The notes under the pieces are model-generated. The model saw nothing but the letters and a program-made list of their open reading frames with translations. It did not search any database and was not told where the DNA came from. A stretch of DNA of 64,000 nt from IMG/VR virus record IMGVR_UViG_3300025838_000032, positions 19,777 to 83,776 of that record; one strand, written 5' to 3'. The first letter of the stretch is position 1, and each line of letters begins with the position of its first letter. Shown piece after piece: positions 47,088 through 56,996 of the stretch. The position numbers and the translations under genes were made by a program. Source of the DNA: a virus. Lineage: Duplodnaviria > Caudoviricetes.

Positions 47088-49560
47088 TACATCAGGAGTC
47101 CTCGCCAGACTACAGGCCGCATTATCGATATATGACCCATCGTGGGATGTTAGTGTCGGTAGCGCAACATACAAGATACTAGAGTCGGTTGCCCAAGAGA
47201 TCGCTATTGCTAATAACAACTCTACTCTTCAAACATACAGTTACGATATTAACACCAAGTTTGGTGCTGAACTGGATGCTTTCTGTAACCTATTCGGAGT
47301 ATACCGTCAGCTTGGTAAAAGAGCATCAGGTATAGTAACATTCTCCACGAATACACTTGCCAGTAATATCATCGATATACCGATAGGGACCCAAGTCGCT
47401 GTACCGATTGGCGGTAACTACGCTTCTGCAGTATACTTTGCAACCGTAGCGCCAGCTATAATTGGCATAGGTGAAACATCCACGGACGTTCCAGTAGTAT
47501 CAACATTGCCAGGTATAATCGGTAACATTCCTGCCGGTGCCATAACCATGCAGGTAAGCCCTCTTGTTAACATAACGTCAGTAACTAATAATAGCCCGTT
47601 CTCAGGGGGATTAGACCCAGAGAGTGATGTGGCGCTGAGATCTCGCTGGCAAAGTACTGCGTTTAATAACACAACCGGTACGTATGGGAAATACATATTA
47701 ACTGCGCTACAGGATAATAACGTGTCCATGGCCAACGCTGTAGGATCCCAATCCTTTTATTCCGAACAGCTACAGATTAACTCAGTCGTGAGCGGAAGTG
47801 GACCGGCAACGTTCGATTTTGTAGCATACAGTGGAATGGTTGTCAACACATATTCTGGCACTGTTACCTATACTGGTTCTCCAACTGTCGTTGCATTCTC
47901 TGGGTTCGCTGCTGGGACAAGCGGGACAGTTATAGCCTCCGGGATCCAAACGCTTATTAATAACAACTTCCCAAGCTATGGCATAACAGTCGCGGTAACG
48001 CCAGCTACCGGAACAATAACCACCGGGTTGAATATCAACTTCAGTTCCGCCAGCCCATACCGACTTATCCTAGGAAGTGGTAGCACCATACCAGCGAGCG
48101 GTGTTACAACCAGTGGTATAACTACTATTAGTGGTACATCGTTCTATGATTACGTAGTCTCGAACAACCCAGACGTTGGTGTTTCTGGTACACTTTCTTA
48201 CAACACAACTTTTACCGGTTACTTATACCCCCAGGGGAATGAATTAGTTGGCAGCAACCTCAACTCGTTTAATCAGTCAGTCTATGCGAACACCGTTGAT
48301 TATTACTACCCGAATAACGTAACGCCACAGCTGCAATTGACAATGGCCAATACTACGGCTAACCCTTCACTGTTCATCGGCAATACAGTCCAGGTTACTT
48401 CTGAGTATTGTCCGGCATCGAATAGATCAGTGACGATAACAAGCGGAAACTATGTAGATATATTTATCAATGGAACAACGGCTGATCAAGCATATTCACA
48501 AACTGTTTTTAATACAACATTCACCATGAGTGGTGGAGCGTCAGCCCCAAGATACTTGAATGCAGCGAACTACGTAGTGGCCAGCGGTGTTCTCGCATCC
48601 ACACTGGCTACGGTAAGTGGTGATATCTATGTGCCACTTGATTTTCAACCAACGATTAACTTCCCGGCACAAATAGGAACAGCTAATAGTGGCCAAGCAG
48701 ATACTCTGTACTTATACAATAGTTCTAACGGAGTAGGATATACTTACCCAATTGCTTTGAACCCTTATGGATATATAACATTCACTGGAACCACTACTTC
48801 TGGGGCAGTAGCCTCGGGCACGAACTTCCTAGCGGTTAACAACGCTAGTGGCTTTCTGTACCCAGGTCTTGCGCTCGCTAGCGGATTGGCAACATCAGGA
48901 ACATTGAACTATATCAGTTCCGTATCGTCCAGTGGAGTGACTCTGGGCTATCCAGTCCCTATCACTGCAATAACTGGGAGCACCTCAGCCCTATCGTACA
49001 CGATTAGTGGTAAGGCTTTGGTCTATCCACTCTATGATACAACATACAATAGCAATAGTATATTACAAATGACAGGTCTTGCTTTCGATGTATCAACGCC
49101 GCCGACTGGGTGGCCATCTCTCCCAACGAGTAATACATGGATCCAATATAACTATAACTATAATAATGATGTTGTAGTTGTTGACCAGCTCGTTCAACAA
49201 AGCCGACCAATTGGTGTTAATACTCTGGTACACCAGGCAACATTTATTCCAATGATTGTTAATATAACACTTGTTATATCGAATGGGTATAGTCAGGTCA
49301 CAGTACAATCCAATGTCTATAGCGCAATCGCAAATCTGTTTAGTAACTATAACTATCTAGGGACTATATCTTTCTCGAACATAAATAAGACAATCCTGTC
49401 TGTCCCCGGCGTCTCTAACGTCAGAACAACGAGTATTAACACAACAGCTATCGATGGAACGATACTTCTTACAAAGACGAGTGACTTTAACCTGGCGAGC
49501 AACCAACTCCCACAACTTTATGGAATTAATTACACGATTAAGGGAGCTAGCAACTTCTAA
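47080..49560 (+). CDS. Baseplate J-like wedge protein
   Basis: GAELDAFCNLFGVYR, ASGIVTF, GGLDPESDVALRSR, C-terminal ILSVPGVSNV. Confidence 0.85.
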   Translation: MADTSGVLARLQAALSIYDPSWDVSVGSATYKILESVAQEIAIANNNSTLQTYSYDINTKFGAELDAFCNLFGVYRQLGKRASGIVTFSTNTLASNIIDIPIGTQVAVPIGGNYASAVYFATVAPAIIGIGETSTDVPVVSTLPGIIGNIPAGAITMQVSPLVNITSVTNNSPFSGGLDPESDVALRSRWQSTAFNNTTGTYGKYILTALQDNNVSMANAVGSQSFYSEQLQINSVVSGSGPATFDFVAYSGMVVNTYSGTVTYTGSPTVVAFSGFAAGTSGTVIASGIQTLINNNFPSYGITVAVTPATGTITTGLNINFSSASPYRLILGSGSTIPASGVTTSGITTISGTSFYDYVVSNNPDVGVSGTLSYNTTFTGYLYPQGNELVGSNLNSFNQSVYANTVDYYYPNNVTPQLQLTMANTTANPSLFIGNTVQVTSEYCPASNRSVTITSGNYVDIFINGTTADQAYSQTVFNTTFTMSGGASAPRYLNAANYVVASGVLASTLATVSGDIYVPLDFQPTINFPAQIGTANSGQADTLYLYNSSNGVGYTYPIALNPYGYITFTGTTTSGAVASGTNFLAVNNASGFLYPGLALASGLATSGTLNYISSVSSSGVTLGYPVPITAITGSTSALSYTISGKALVYPLYDTTYNSNSILQMTGLAFDVSTPPTGWPSLPTSNTWIQYNYNYNNDVVVVDQLVQQSRPIGVNTLVHQATFIPMIVNITLVISNGYSQVTVQSNVYSAIANLFSNYNYLGTISFSNINKTILSVPGVSNVRTTSINTTAIDGTILLTKTSDFNLASNQLPQLYGINYTIKGASNF

Positions 49561-50531
49561 TGGCTGGTAATCTTTTCCCGATTAATCTTCACTCTACTTT
49601 TGAGCAGAAGATTAAGAACTTCCCAGATGATCTTTACTACTTCAACGATGGCGACAACATTACCACGTTGATGAAGATCCTCCTGGGCAATAGTGGGACG
49701 GGTCAATTAAGAAACCTTCAGTTAGTCGCCAGACTCGGTCAACAGAATATAGAATTTAACAACCTAGATGATATCCTGGGCATGATATTGGGTGTACAAA
49801 GAATATCACCAGAAATCTACAGTTTTGCTACCAACCCATTTATAGATCAGTTAACAGATTCTCAGTGGCAAGAAGTAATAACAAAAGACTCGAGCTACCG
49901 TGAAAGGCTCCTAGGGGCGGCGGAAGCGTTCCAAACCGGCTGTAATCTCTGGGGAGTTATGACCCTCTGTGAAGCTCTGACTGGGATTAAATTCTATGTA
50001 GTAGAGAGCTGGAGAACCCCTGGGTACGGGAGAACAGGTTTAAACAAGGCACAAGAAATTGTTTTGATACCATTGACTGATGGGAATAACATCTTAAAAT
50101 GGGATCAGAGCAAGGCTCACGCAATATTAAACGTGATACAGAGCCTCACGTTTCTTAACTTCCAGATTAGCTTTGGCTCACCAATAACAACATTTAAGCA
50201 AGTCCCAGTAGCTGCAACTACTGTCTCTACGGCGAGTGGCTATGTTACCGCCAGCGGGTATTCTGAGTTCTTCTACATGCCGATTACTGCGAACAGCACT
50301 CAAATAAATACTCCGTCAACAATTTTGCCCGGTGCTTCGACTAGGTACTGGATAAAAAACAACAATAACAACCCAGCTCCCCACTTTGCTCACTTGCAAA
50401 CACAAGAGATTTCTATAGATCTTACAGGTAGTATAGTATCTATTACTACTTCTGATTTATCAAGCTACGCCTCAAAGAGTGTGGCTAACCCATCAATGCA
50501 AGTAACTTCAACAGTATACGGCGCTCAGTGA
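49560..50531 (+). CDS. Baseplate wedge (gpI-like) protein
   Basis: LDDILGMILGVQR and DSSYRERL motifs after the baseplate J-like gene. Confidence 0.6.
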   Translation: MAGNLFPINLHSTFEQKIKNFPDDLYYFNDGDNITTLMKILLGNSGTGQLRNLQLVARLGQQNIEFNNLDDILGMILGVQRISPEIYSFATNPFIDQLTDSQWQEVITKDSSYRERLLGAAEAFQTGCNLWGVMTLCEALTGIKFYVVESWRTPGYGRTGLNKAQEIVLIPLTDGNNILKWDQSKAHAILNVIQSLTFLNFQISFGSPITTFKQVPVAATTVSTASGYVTASGYSEFFYMPITANSTQINTPSTILPGASTRYWIKNNNNNPAPHFAHLQTQEISIDLTGSIVSITTSDLSSYASKSVANPSMQVTSTVYGAQ

Positions 50532-50535
50532 TAAA

Positions 50536-53232
50536 ATGACAATACTCCCAAACAACATCGACCCGTCTAAAGACTATGTGACACCTGGGGTTGACCCCGC
50601 CATGTCCACCAACGGGCTGGTATACAACAAAATTTATGCCCACACTGGTGTTATTGACTCTCTCGGGAATACTACTGTAAACGGGTATGATGACCCGAAC
50701 TTAAATACAGTTAACAACAATAATGGTCTAGTTTCCTTTAGTCCTAAACCACGGGGGTATTGGATCTCCAACACAGATTTTGGCGGACCCAACAGCACAC
50801 CAATCGTATTGACATACAGTTTTGTTAATACTACTTACTATAACAATTTATCTTTCTATGCCCTAAATGTCCCTTGTTACGTTGAGATATTAGACGCTAA
50901 CTATAACCCACTCCCAGGCACTTCAACGTTCATAGTACCGGGTGGTAGCGATATCTTTACTACAACTGACTGGGTGTTGTTAAATTACAATGCCCCCATG
51001 AATCCAAGCCCAGCAACGGTAACTGGTACAAATGGAGTAAGCAACTTTACGTATCCATTGACTTGTAACAATAATATCTATATAAGGATAACAAGAAATA
51101 AGACCGTACAAACATCAAGCCCGATCAATGGGTTATCAAACGTCGCGTACTCTGTCGGTGTAAAAGATTTCCGTATAAAGTTAAATGTCCAGGCACTTCC
51201 TGATATACCAACTACGGTATATAGTGGTACAAATACCGTAACAACACAAAATCGCTTCCGCATTGTAGAGAATTATTCCTATGCCAGCAACCCAGTTTCT
51301 AACATGTTTGTCAACACCTCTTCATACTGGAAGAGCGGGCCACAGCCGGTAAAAGATGCGATTGTTTACTTTTATGTAAAGGTTAGCGACACAATTAGTG
51401 GCACTCCAGTGCCAGCTACAATAAATCGTTTGTATATAGATCCGCTATATAGTAATTGCAAGTTTAATGTCTATTATACTTCGAGTGGTTCCACCGCTCC
51501 GGTAAGTGGGTCTATTGGCGTGGATCCGGGTACGTTCTCTTGGACCCCAATACAAAGAGACTTCACCCTCCGTAAAGGTATCTATGAGATACCAACTACA
51601 GTATGCACCTACTTGAAATTTGAGTTCACTTCACTTGTCCCAGAAGTATATGATCTGCCATTCGATTCTATTAATAGAACAATAAACGTCTTCCCATATG
51701 ACGTAGAAACGTTCTATGAGAACCTAGAGCAAGACATCATCAATGGAAACGCTGTTACATACTCTACGATAGGTAACTCTAATCTACAGACTCAACCACA
51801 AAGAAGCAACCAAATCGGTGGGTCTACTATCTTCGGTGTATCGAACCAAACCATTGGTAATGCGAGCAACTGGCAGAATCTTAGCCAACTAAATAGCTCA
51901 CAGCTCGGCAATACGACTACTAATAACTTGTCCTCAAGCTCGCAGATTGTTGACCCGAGCATTAGTTATAAATTATTAGACGCTAATGGTAATTATAATC
52001 AGTCGTCTTATACCGCTTTCTTGCAGAGACGTTTCCCGGATAATAGAGTCCATAATTATAACCAAATAACTATAAACCAGACATGGCATCAGGCGTACTT
52101 CACTGGAATTAGATACTTAACGGCATTTTATGAAACCGTTTTCGATGACCTAAGGGCGTTGCCAGGAACACTCATAGCCAGTAACTCAACGACTAGTGGT
52201 TTCTCTTCGCAAGACGTTAATTACGTAGGTTTGAACGTTGATGACATAGCCGTTACCCCATGGTTCAATACTGTTGATACTTTTAATAGTTTTAGCATCG
52301 GTGGTCTCACTACAGACTGGCGTAGCTTCCTTACTCAGGGTAATCCTATTAGCACAGATCCTGCTTTGCTGAATGGGATACCGCCAATTTCAACATCTTC
52401 CTCGGGGACCCCAAAATATATCGGTGCTCTTGGATCTAGTTCTATTTATGCCATATCGGGTAACGGATCCGCTTACGGACTAAAGTCTATACCTTATAAC
52501 GCAGCTAATAACTTATTGAGCTACAATGATGCGAACTTCATACCGAACTCAACAATGCCGTATGGTAGTGTAGCGGGGCCATGGACACTTATTTTTGATG
52601 ATGAATTCACTGGTAACTCGCTGAATACTAATGTTTGGGCTCCGAACTGGTTTGGAGAAAGTGGAGTAATGAATAATGTTGTTACTCACTCGGGTAACGT
52701 TTCTGTCTCTACAGCTAGTGGGCTTAATCTTTTGTTGGCGAGTTCTGGTAGCGGTGCCCTTATTAGCTCTAACCCGAATGGCGGGGCTATCTCAGGTTTT
52801 CAGTTCACATATGGTTACGCCGAGGCACAAGTCACATTCCCGAACAACCAGGATTGGAGTTCCTTCTGGACGGATGGACAGAACTGGCCATTGACAGGCG
52901 AGTTCGACATCGCAGAAACTACGGGTGGTGCATCTAACCAGATCTGGGTGGGTAATTATCATTACAGCGTTTCTGGAAGCGCCACATCCAACATCGATCC
53001 GTCGCCACTCCCATCGGGTTACTTAGGATCGTCGCATATCTTTGGTATGGACTGGGAACCAAATCTTGTTAACTTCTACGTTGATGGCGTTCTGCACAGA
53101 ACTATTAGTGGGTCTATAGTCGTAAGCTCTCCACAGTACATCATCCTCAACCACGGCGTATACCCATCCGGCAACGCCACGGGAGTCGGTTCTGTCGTGA
53201 ATGTTCGTTACGTAAGAGTATGGCAGCACTAA
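50536..53232 (+). CDS. Tail/baseplate protein with C-terminal GH16 glycoside hydrolase
   Basis: WTLIFDDEF...FTYGYAEA...FW...WP..GEFDIAE (ExDxxE)...HIFGMDW..YVDG...YVRVWQ. Confidence 0.8.
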   Translation: MTILPNNIDPSKDYVTPGVDPAMSTNGLVYNKIYAHTGVIDSLGNTTVNGYDDPNLNTVNNNNGLVSFSPKPRGYWISNTDFGGPNSTPIVLTYSFVNTTYYNNLSFYALNVPCYVEILDANYNPLPGTSTFIVPGGSDIFTTTDWVLLNYNAPMNPSPATVTGTNGVSNFTYPLTCNNNIYIRITRNKTVQTSSPINGLSNVAYSVGVKDFRIKLNVQALPDIPTTVYSGTNTVTTQNRFRIVENYSYASNPVSNMFVNTSSYWKSGPQPVKDAIVYFYVKVSDTISGTPVPATINRLYIDPLYSNCKFNVYYTSSGSTAPVSGSIGVDPGTFSWTPIQRDFTLRKGIYEIPTTVCTYLKFEFTSLVPEVYDLPFDSINRTINVFPYDVETFYENLEQDIINGNAVTYSTIGNSNLQTQPQRSNQIGGSTIFGVSNQTIGNASNWQNLSQLNSSQLGNTTTNNLSSSSQIVDPSISYKLLDANGNYNQSSYTAFLQRRFPDNRVHNYNQITINQTWHQAYFTGIRYLTAFYETVFDDLRALPGTLIASNSTTSGFSSQDVNYVGLNVDDIAVTPWFNTVDTFNSFSIGGLTTDWRSFLTQGNPISTDPALLNGIPPISTSSSGTPKYIGALGSSSIYAISGNGSAYGLKSIPYNAANNLLSYNDANFIPNSTMPYGSVAGPWTLIFDDEFTGNSLNTNVWAPNWFGESGVMNNVVTHSGNVSVSTASGLNLLLASSGSGALISSNPNGGAISGFQFTYGYAEAQVTFPNNQDWSSFWTDGQNWPLTGEFDIAETTGGASNQIWVGNYHYSVSGSATSNIDPSPLPSGYLGSSHIFGMDWEPNLVNFYVDGVLHRTISGSIVVSSPQYIILNHGVYPSGNATGVGSVVNVRYVRVWQH

Positions 53233-53253
53233 AGAGTAAATGGTAATTATCTA

Positions 53254-54492
53254 ATGGCAACTTATAACTGGTATGCAGTCAGCAGTGGGACAGCTATACA
53301 TGGAACATCTGTATCGTGGAGCGGAGCAGTCTCTTCTACTTTAAGTGGAACGGGCACTGCCAGTGGCATAACCGCTAGTGGCGGAGCATCTAACAACGTA
53401 ATAGCGTATAACTTCACCATACCAAATGTTTTCATGGCGAGCGGCACATCAAACTGGCAAACACAGCTCGGAGGCCCTGCAGTTGGTGTCGTGGGATATG
53501 CGAGCTATGTCCCCATGAGCGGGGTTAATTACTACTTCCTCGTTAACCTGCAGTCTTCAGGTACAACAAACGTAACAATGTTTACTCAGTTTATAAACCC
53601 AGCCAATGGTTCTGTGATCTCTGGCACTGTTGTAAGCGGGAGCACCGTATCATTATCTGCGGCATCAGGAACCGCCATCATAACCGCTACGGGGACCAAC
53701 TATAACAAGAGTATACCGAGCAACACAATACAACTTGTTTTGAGTGGTTCTAATACTGTTCCTTATAACGTATACGAGTTTGGTATCTATAACTCACCAA
53801 CAACTCTCTGGAGCAGCCCTTCTAACAGAACTAACATGAGAATTGGTGGCGTAGCCAGAGTCTTCTTGCCGACTACTAATAATGGTACGTATAGGGCTAG
53901 CTTGTTAGCAACGGATTCTAACAACAACGTTAGTGAGATTGCCTACAAGATTTATCAGCCGGGAACGATGCCGCTCAACTCATGGTTTGATATTGAGCTA
54001 ACGAGCTATACAGCGTATAACTACATCATGTTCACGATGCAGATCCAACAAACCAATCTACTGGTTACCGAAGTCTTTTATACCAGTATGCTCGCACCAT
54101 TCTACCACCCAGTCCGTTATGAGTACACAAACATTAGTGGTAATAATATCAACGGCACAACTGGGTGGTACCCGATCACAACCGGCATCAATAATCCTGA
54201 TTACTTTATTAGTACCGTGTCAGGTTTGCCAGCCAGTGGTATACAGGTGAGAATGACGGCTCTTGATCCATATATTTTTATATCTGGGGTAAGCGTCGTT
54301 CCTTACTATAAGCAGAACCCATATTATGCCGGATTGGAAATCAATTACCTGGGTACAAGTAAAACAAACGAGCTAAGTAAGCGCGTTTATCTTGACAATA
54401 AGCCTTATTTCCAACTCAATCAAGATATATACCCATCGAAGTTCAAAATCAATAGAATCGCTGGCACCGTTACCTCATATCAGATTGATTGA
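53254..54492 (+). CDS. Minor tail / baseplate protein
   Basis: 412 aa beta-rich, about 16 SG dipeptides. Confidence 0.6.
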   Translation: MATYNWYAVSSGTAIHGTSVSWSGAVSSTLSGTGTASGITASGGASNNVIAYNFTIPNVFMASGTSNWQTQLGGPAVGVVGYASYVPMSGVNYYFLVNLQSSGTTNVTMFTQFINPANGSVISGTVVSGSTVSLSAASGTAIITATGTNYNKSIPSNTIQLVLSGSNTVPYNVYEFGIYNSPTTLWSSPSNRTNMRIGGVARVFLPTTNNGTYRASLLATDSNNNVSEIAYKIYQPGTMPLNSWFDIELTSYTAYNYIMFTMQIQQTNLLVTEVFYTSMLAPFYHPVRYEYTNISGNNINGTTGWYPITTGINNPDYFISTVSGLPASGIQVRMTALDPYIFISGVSVVPYYKQNPYYAGLEINYLGTSKTNELSKRVYLDNKPYFQLNQDIYPSKFKINRIAGTVTSYQID

Positions 54493-54517
54493 CATCCCCG
54501 CGCGGGTGTGGTACCAT
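54489..54517 (+). promoter_or_regulatory. Sigma70/sigmaA-type promoter, probably leaderless
   Basis: TTGACA-N17-TACCAT with TG extension; ATG 54524 lies 7 nt after the -10 box and has no RBS. Confidence 0.7.
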
Positions 54518-54523
54518 CTATGA

Positions 54524-56371
54524 ATGGCTTCTGAAAAAACGATATACGTTCAAAAGAGCAACCTCCTCAACGGGGTTCTGCGGTATAGCTCTTTGGACAA
54601 AACAATCTCCAAGAAGTTCTCTCTCGATGCCTACGGCACACTGAAGAACCGTGATAAGATCGATGAATTTAAACGCCTTCTTGAAGAGAACGACTATTCC
54701 CTACTCTTTGAGGATAAGTCGTCTGAAGATTTTTATAACACACTGGTTCGCTGTAGCGAAGATGAATACGAAGTAAATAGCCCATTCCTCGTAGACCACA
54801 AATTATTCCCATTCCAAAGAATTGGGCTGAACTATATCTGGGAGAGACTACATTCACAAAATCCTCGCGTTCTAGTACAGTGGGACACTGGAGCGGGCAA
54901 GACCCTATTGAGCTGCCTAACTAGTCAGAAGCTCATCGATAACAATGATATCGATATGGTTCTTGTCTTCTGCAAGAAGATCAAGCAGTATGACTGGGAG
55001 CAAGAATACCGTAGAATGACGACTTTGTCCGTGGGGCGAGTCGGAGAAAAGATGGCACGCAAAGCACGCCATGAGTTCTATAAGGAGAACGATAACCAGG
55101 TTCTTATTCTCAACTACGAAAAGGTTAGAGAAGGGAACAAAGTCAAGCGCAAGAAGGACCGTTCCTACGATAGGACAGATCTTCTACAAGTGCTCGAGAT
55201 GATTAAGGGGAAGCGTGTTCTCATCGTTATCGATGAAGCACAGAAGATCAATAGTGGAACGTCCCTTCTCGGAGAAGGGTTCTTCAACCTGATCAATAAC
55301 TCAGACTGCGATATCAAAGCCTTGGGCTTGACAGCGACTCCGTATACCACCAGCCCGCTTAATATCAGAAACATTTTCTCTGTTCTTGACCCAACTATCC
55401 AAGACGTTAGCAATCTTCCGAAGGATGTTTTTAAGCGTTATTACGGTAAGGAGTTCGGGTACTTCAACGCTGGGTACGCTCAAGAACTATACGTAAAAGA
55501 ATGGGATAGGGCAAAGCTCCCGCTTCTCGGCAAGAAACACGAGAATTGGACTCATATCGCCATGAAGAGCGATCCTATCATCGCTGCTCAGTTCCCTGAG
55601 AGCATCCCTAAGAAGGTCGTGTACGAGCTTTCTGATGTAGATCGTGCCATCTATGATTGGGCAGAGGAAGAAGCCCGCAAGCGTTATAACCCAGATAACC
55701 CGGTGGCCAACTGGTCATATATTGATACATTGCGCATGATCTGTAATACTACAGAAGGGCTAAAGAATAGTGAAGGGAAGTTTGCAAAAGAAATCGTCGC
55801 GGAATTCGGGAGTGACATTAGCATCCTCAACAGTACTAAGTACCAGCTGATTGAGAGCAACCTTGAGGCTTATGTAGAGAGCGGAGACAAGGTGGTTCTC
55901 TTCACCTTCTGGACCAATGGGACTTTGTTCCCCTATCTAGAGGCCCTCAAGAAGAAGTTCCCCGATATCCCTGTTCTTCCTATCTGGGGCGTCGGGATGG
56001 ACAGCAACACGGTCACGAACAACATCAGAACTTTCAATACCGTCAGCGGACCAGCTATACTTATTACCTCAGACGTAGGACAAGAAGGACTTAATCTGTA
56101 TGCCCCATATCTTTGGAATATCGAAGTACCGCGCACTTACTCGGATTACAAGCAACGAGCCAACAGAATCAACCGAGCAGATTCCAAGAGTAAAGGCATT
56201 AGCCACACTTGGATCTATAGGGCGGTCGCTGCTGATACGATTGAAGAGAGAGTAGACGCAAAGATTATTCGTCGCCGTGACGAAGCAGAGGCAATTCGTG
56301 GTACTGTTGATGAGAATGTAGATTTGCACAGCACAATCGACGTGACACCAAAGGGATTCCTTTGGGACTAG
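54524..56371 (+). CDS. SF2 (SNF2-like) DNA helicase
   Basis: DTGAGKT, IDEAQK, TATP, SDVGQEGLNL, QRANRINR. Confidence 0.88.
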   Translation: MASEKTIYVQKSNLLNGVLRYSSLDKTISKKFSLDAYGTLKNRDKIDEFKRLLEENDYSLLFEDKSSEDFYNTLVRCSEDEYEVNSPFLVDHKLFPFQRIGLNYIWERLHSQNPRVLVQWDTGAGKTLLSCLTSQKLIDNNDIDMVLVFCKKIKQYDWEQEYRRMTTLSVGRVGEKMARKARHEFYKENDNQVLILNYEKVREGNKVKRKKDRSYDRTDLLQVLEMIKGKRVLIVIDEAQKINSGTSLLGEGFFNLINNSDCDIKALGLTATPYTTSPLNIRNIFSVLDPTIQDVSNLPKDVFKRYYGKEFGYFNAGYAQELYVKEWDRAKLPLLGKKHENWTHIAMKSDPIIAAQFPESIPKKVVYELSDVDRAIYDWAEEEARKRYNPDNPVANWSYIDTLRMICNTTEGLKNSEGKFAKEIVAEFGSDISILNSTKYQLIESNLEAYVESGDKVVLFTFWTNGTLFPYLEALKKKFPDIPVLPIWGVGMDSNTVTNNIRTFNTVSGPAILITSDVGQEGLNLYAPYLWNIEVPRTYSDYKQRANRINRADSKSKGISHTWIYRAVAADTIEERVDAKIIRRRDEAEAIRGTVDENVDLHSTIDVTPKGFLWD

Positions 56372-56440
56372 AAAGAGAAAGGGGGTGATGCCCGTGAACC
56401 AACACCAGAAGATTTTTTATTCCTCTAGGATTGGATAATT

Positions 56441-56767
56441 TTGCTAAAGAAAGCCATCACTTCAATTGTTTTATCATTAATATTAGTATTATCGCCACAT
56501 GCTGCGTCAGCATCGACTAAGATTGTACTTAGCGCCGTTACACTGGCTAAGTGGAAAAAGGTCGCTGTATGCGAAGAAGGCGGTAATTGGAAGTATTTTA
56601 GTTATTGGTACCCGGATGCTCTGGGGATCGATAGACCGAACTATATTCAGTTCGGGGGCAACCCAAATAAACCAAGCAGTAGAGCTCAACAAATTCTTGT
56701 TGGGCAGAGATTCATAAAGTACTATAAAATGGGAGTACCCGATCAATACGGTTGCGCTCCATGGTAG
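56441..56767 (+). CDS. Secreted Rpf-like lytic transglycosylase
   Basis: Signal peptide ending AASA; WKKVAVCEEGGNW and SSRAQQILVGQR align with the Rpf motifs WDxxAxCESGGNW and ASREQQIAVAE. Confidence 0.75.
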   Translation: MLKKAITSIVLSLILVLSPHAASASTKIVLSAVTLAKWKKVAVCEEGGNWKYFSYWYPDALGIDRPNYIQFGGNPNKPSSRAQQILVGQRFIKYYKMGVPDQYGCAPW

Positions 56768-56777
56768 AAAGGTAAAA

Positions 56778-56993
56778 ATGGCCGTTAATAAATATGACCA
56801 AATCCACAGAGATGTTATGGACCTGCTCCTTAGCGGAGAGATGCACAGCACAATAGTTGGAAAGCAAATTACCTTAGGAGGGTCTGTAACCAATGACATC
56901 AAAGAGTCTGAGGAATTCACTGAATATATTGTAAATCTGTTGAAAAAGGCAGAAAACTTTAGAAAGGACAATGTAAAGAAGAGCAAAAAGTAG
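56778..56993 (+). CDS. Hypothetical protein
   Basis: 71 aa, AAGG RBS. Confidence 0.6.
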   Translation: MAVNKYDQIHRDVMDLLLSGEMHSTIVGKQITLGGSVTNDIKESEEFTEYIVNLLKKAENFRKDNVKKSKK

Positions 56994-56996
56994 CCT

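Noticed and set aside
56348-56365. Perfect hairpin CCAAAGG-GATT-CCTTTGG as a terminator
   Set aside because: Lies inside the helicase coding end and lacks a U tract; not supportable as a terminator.
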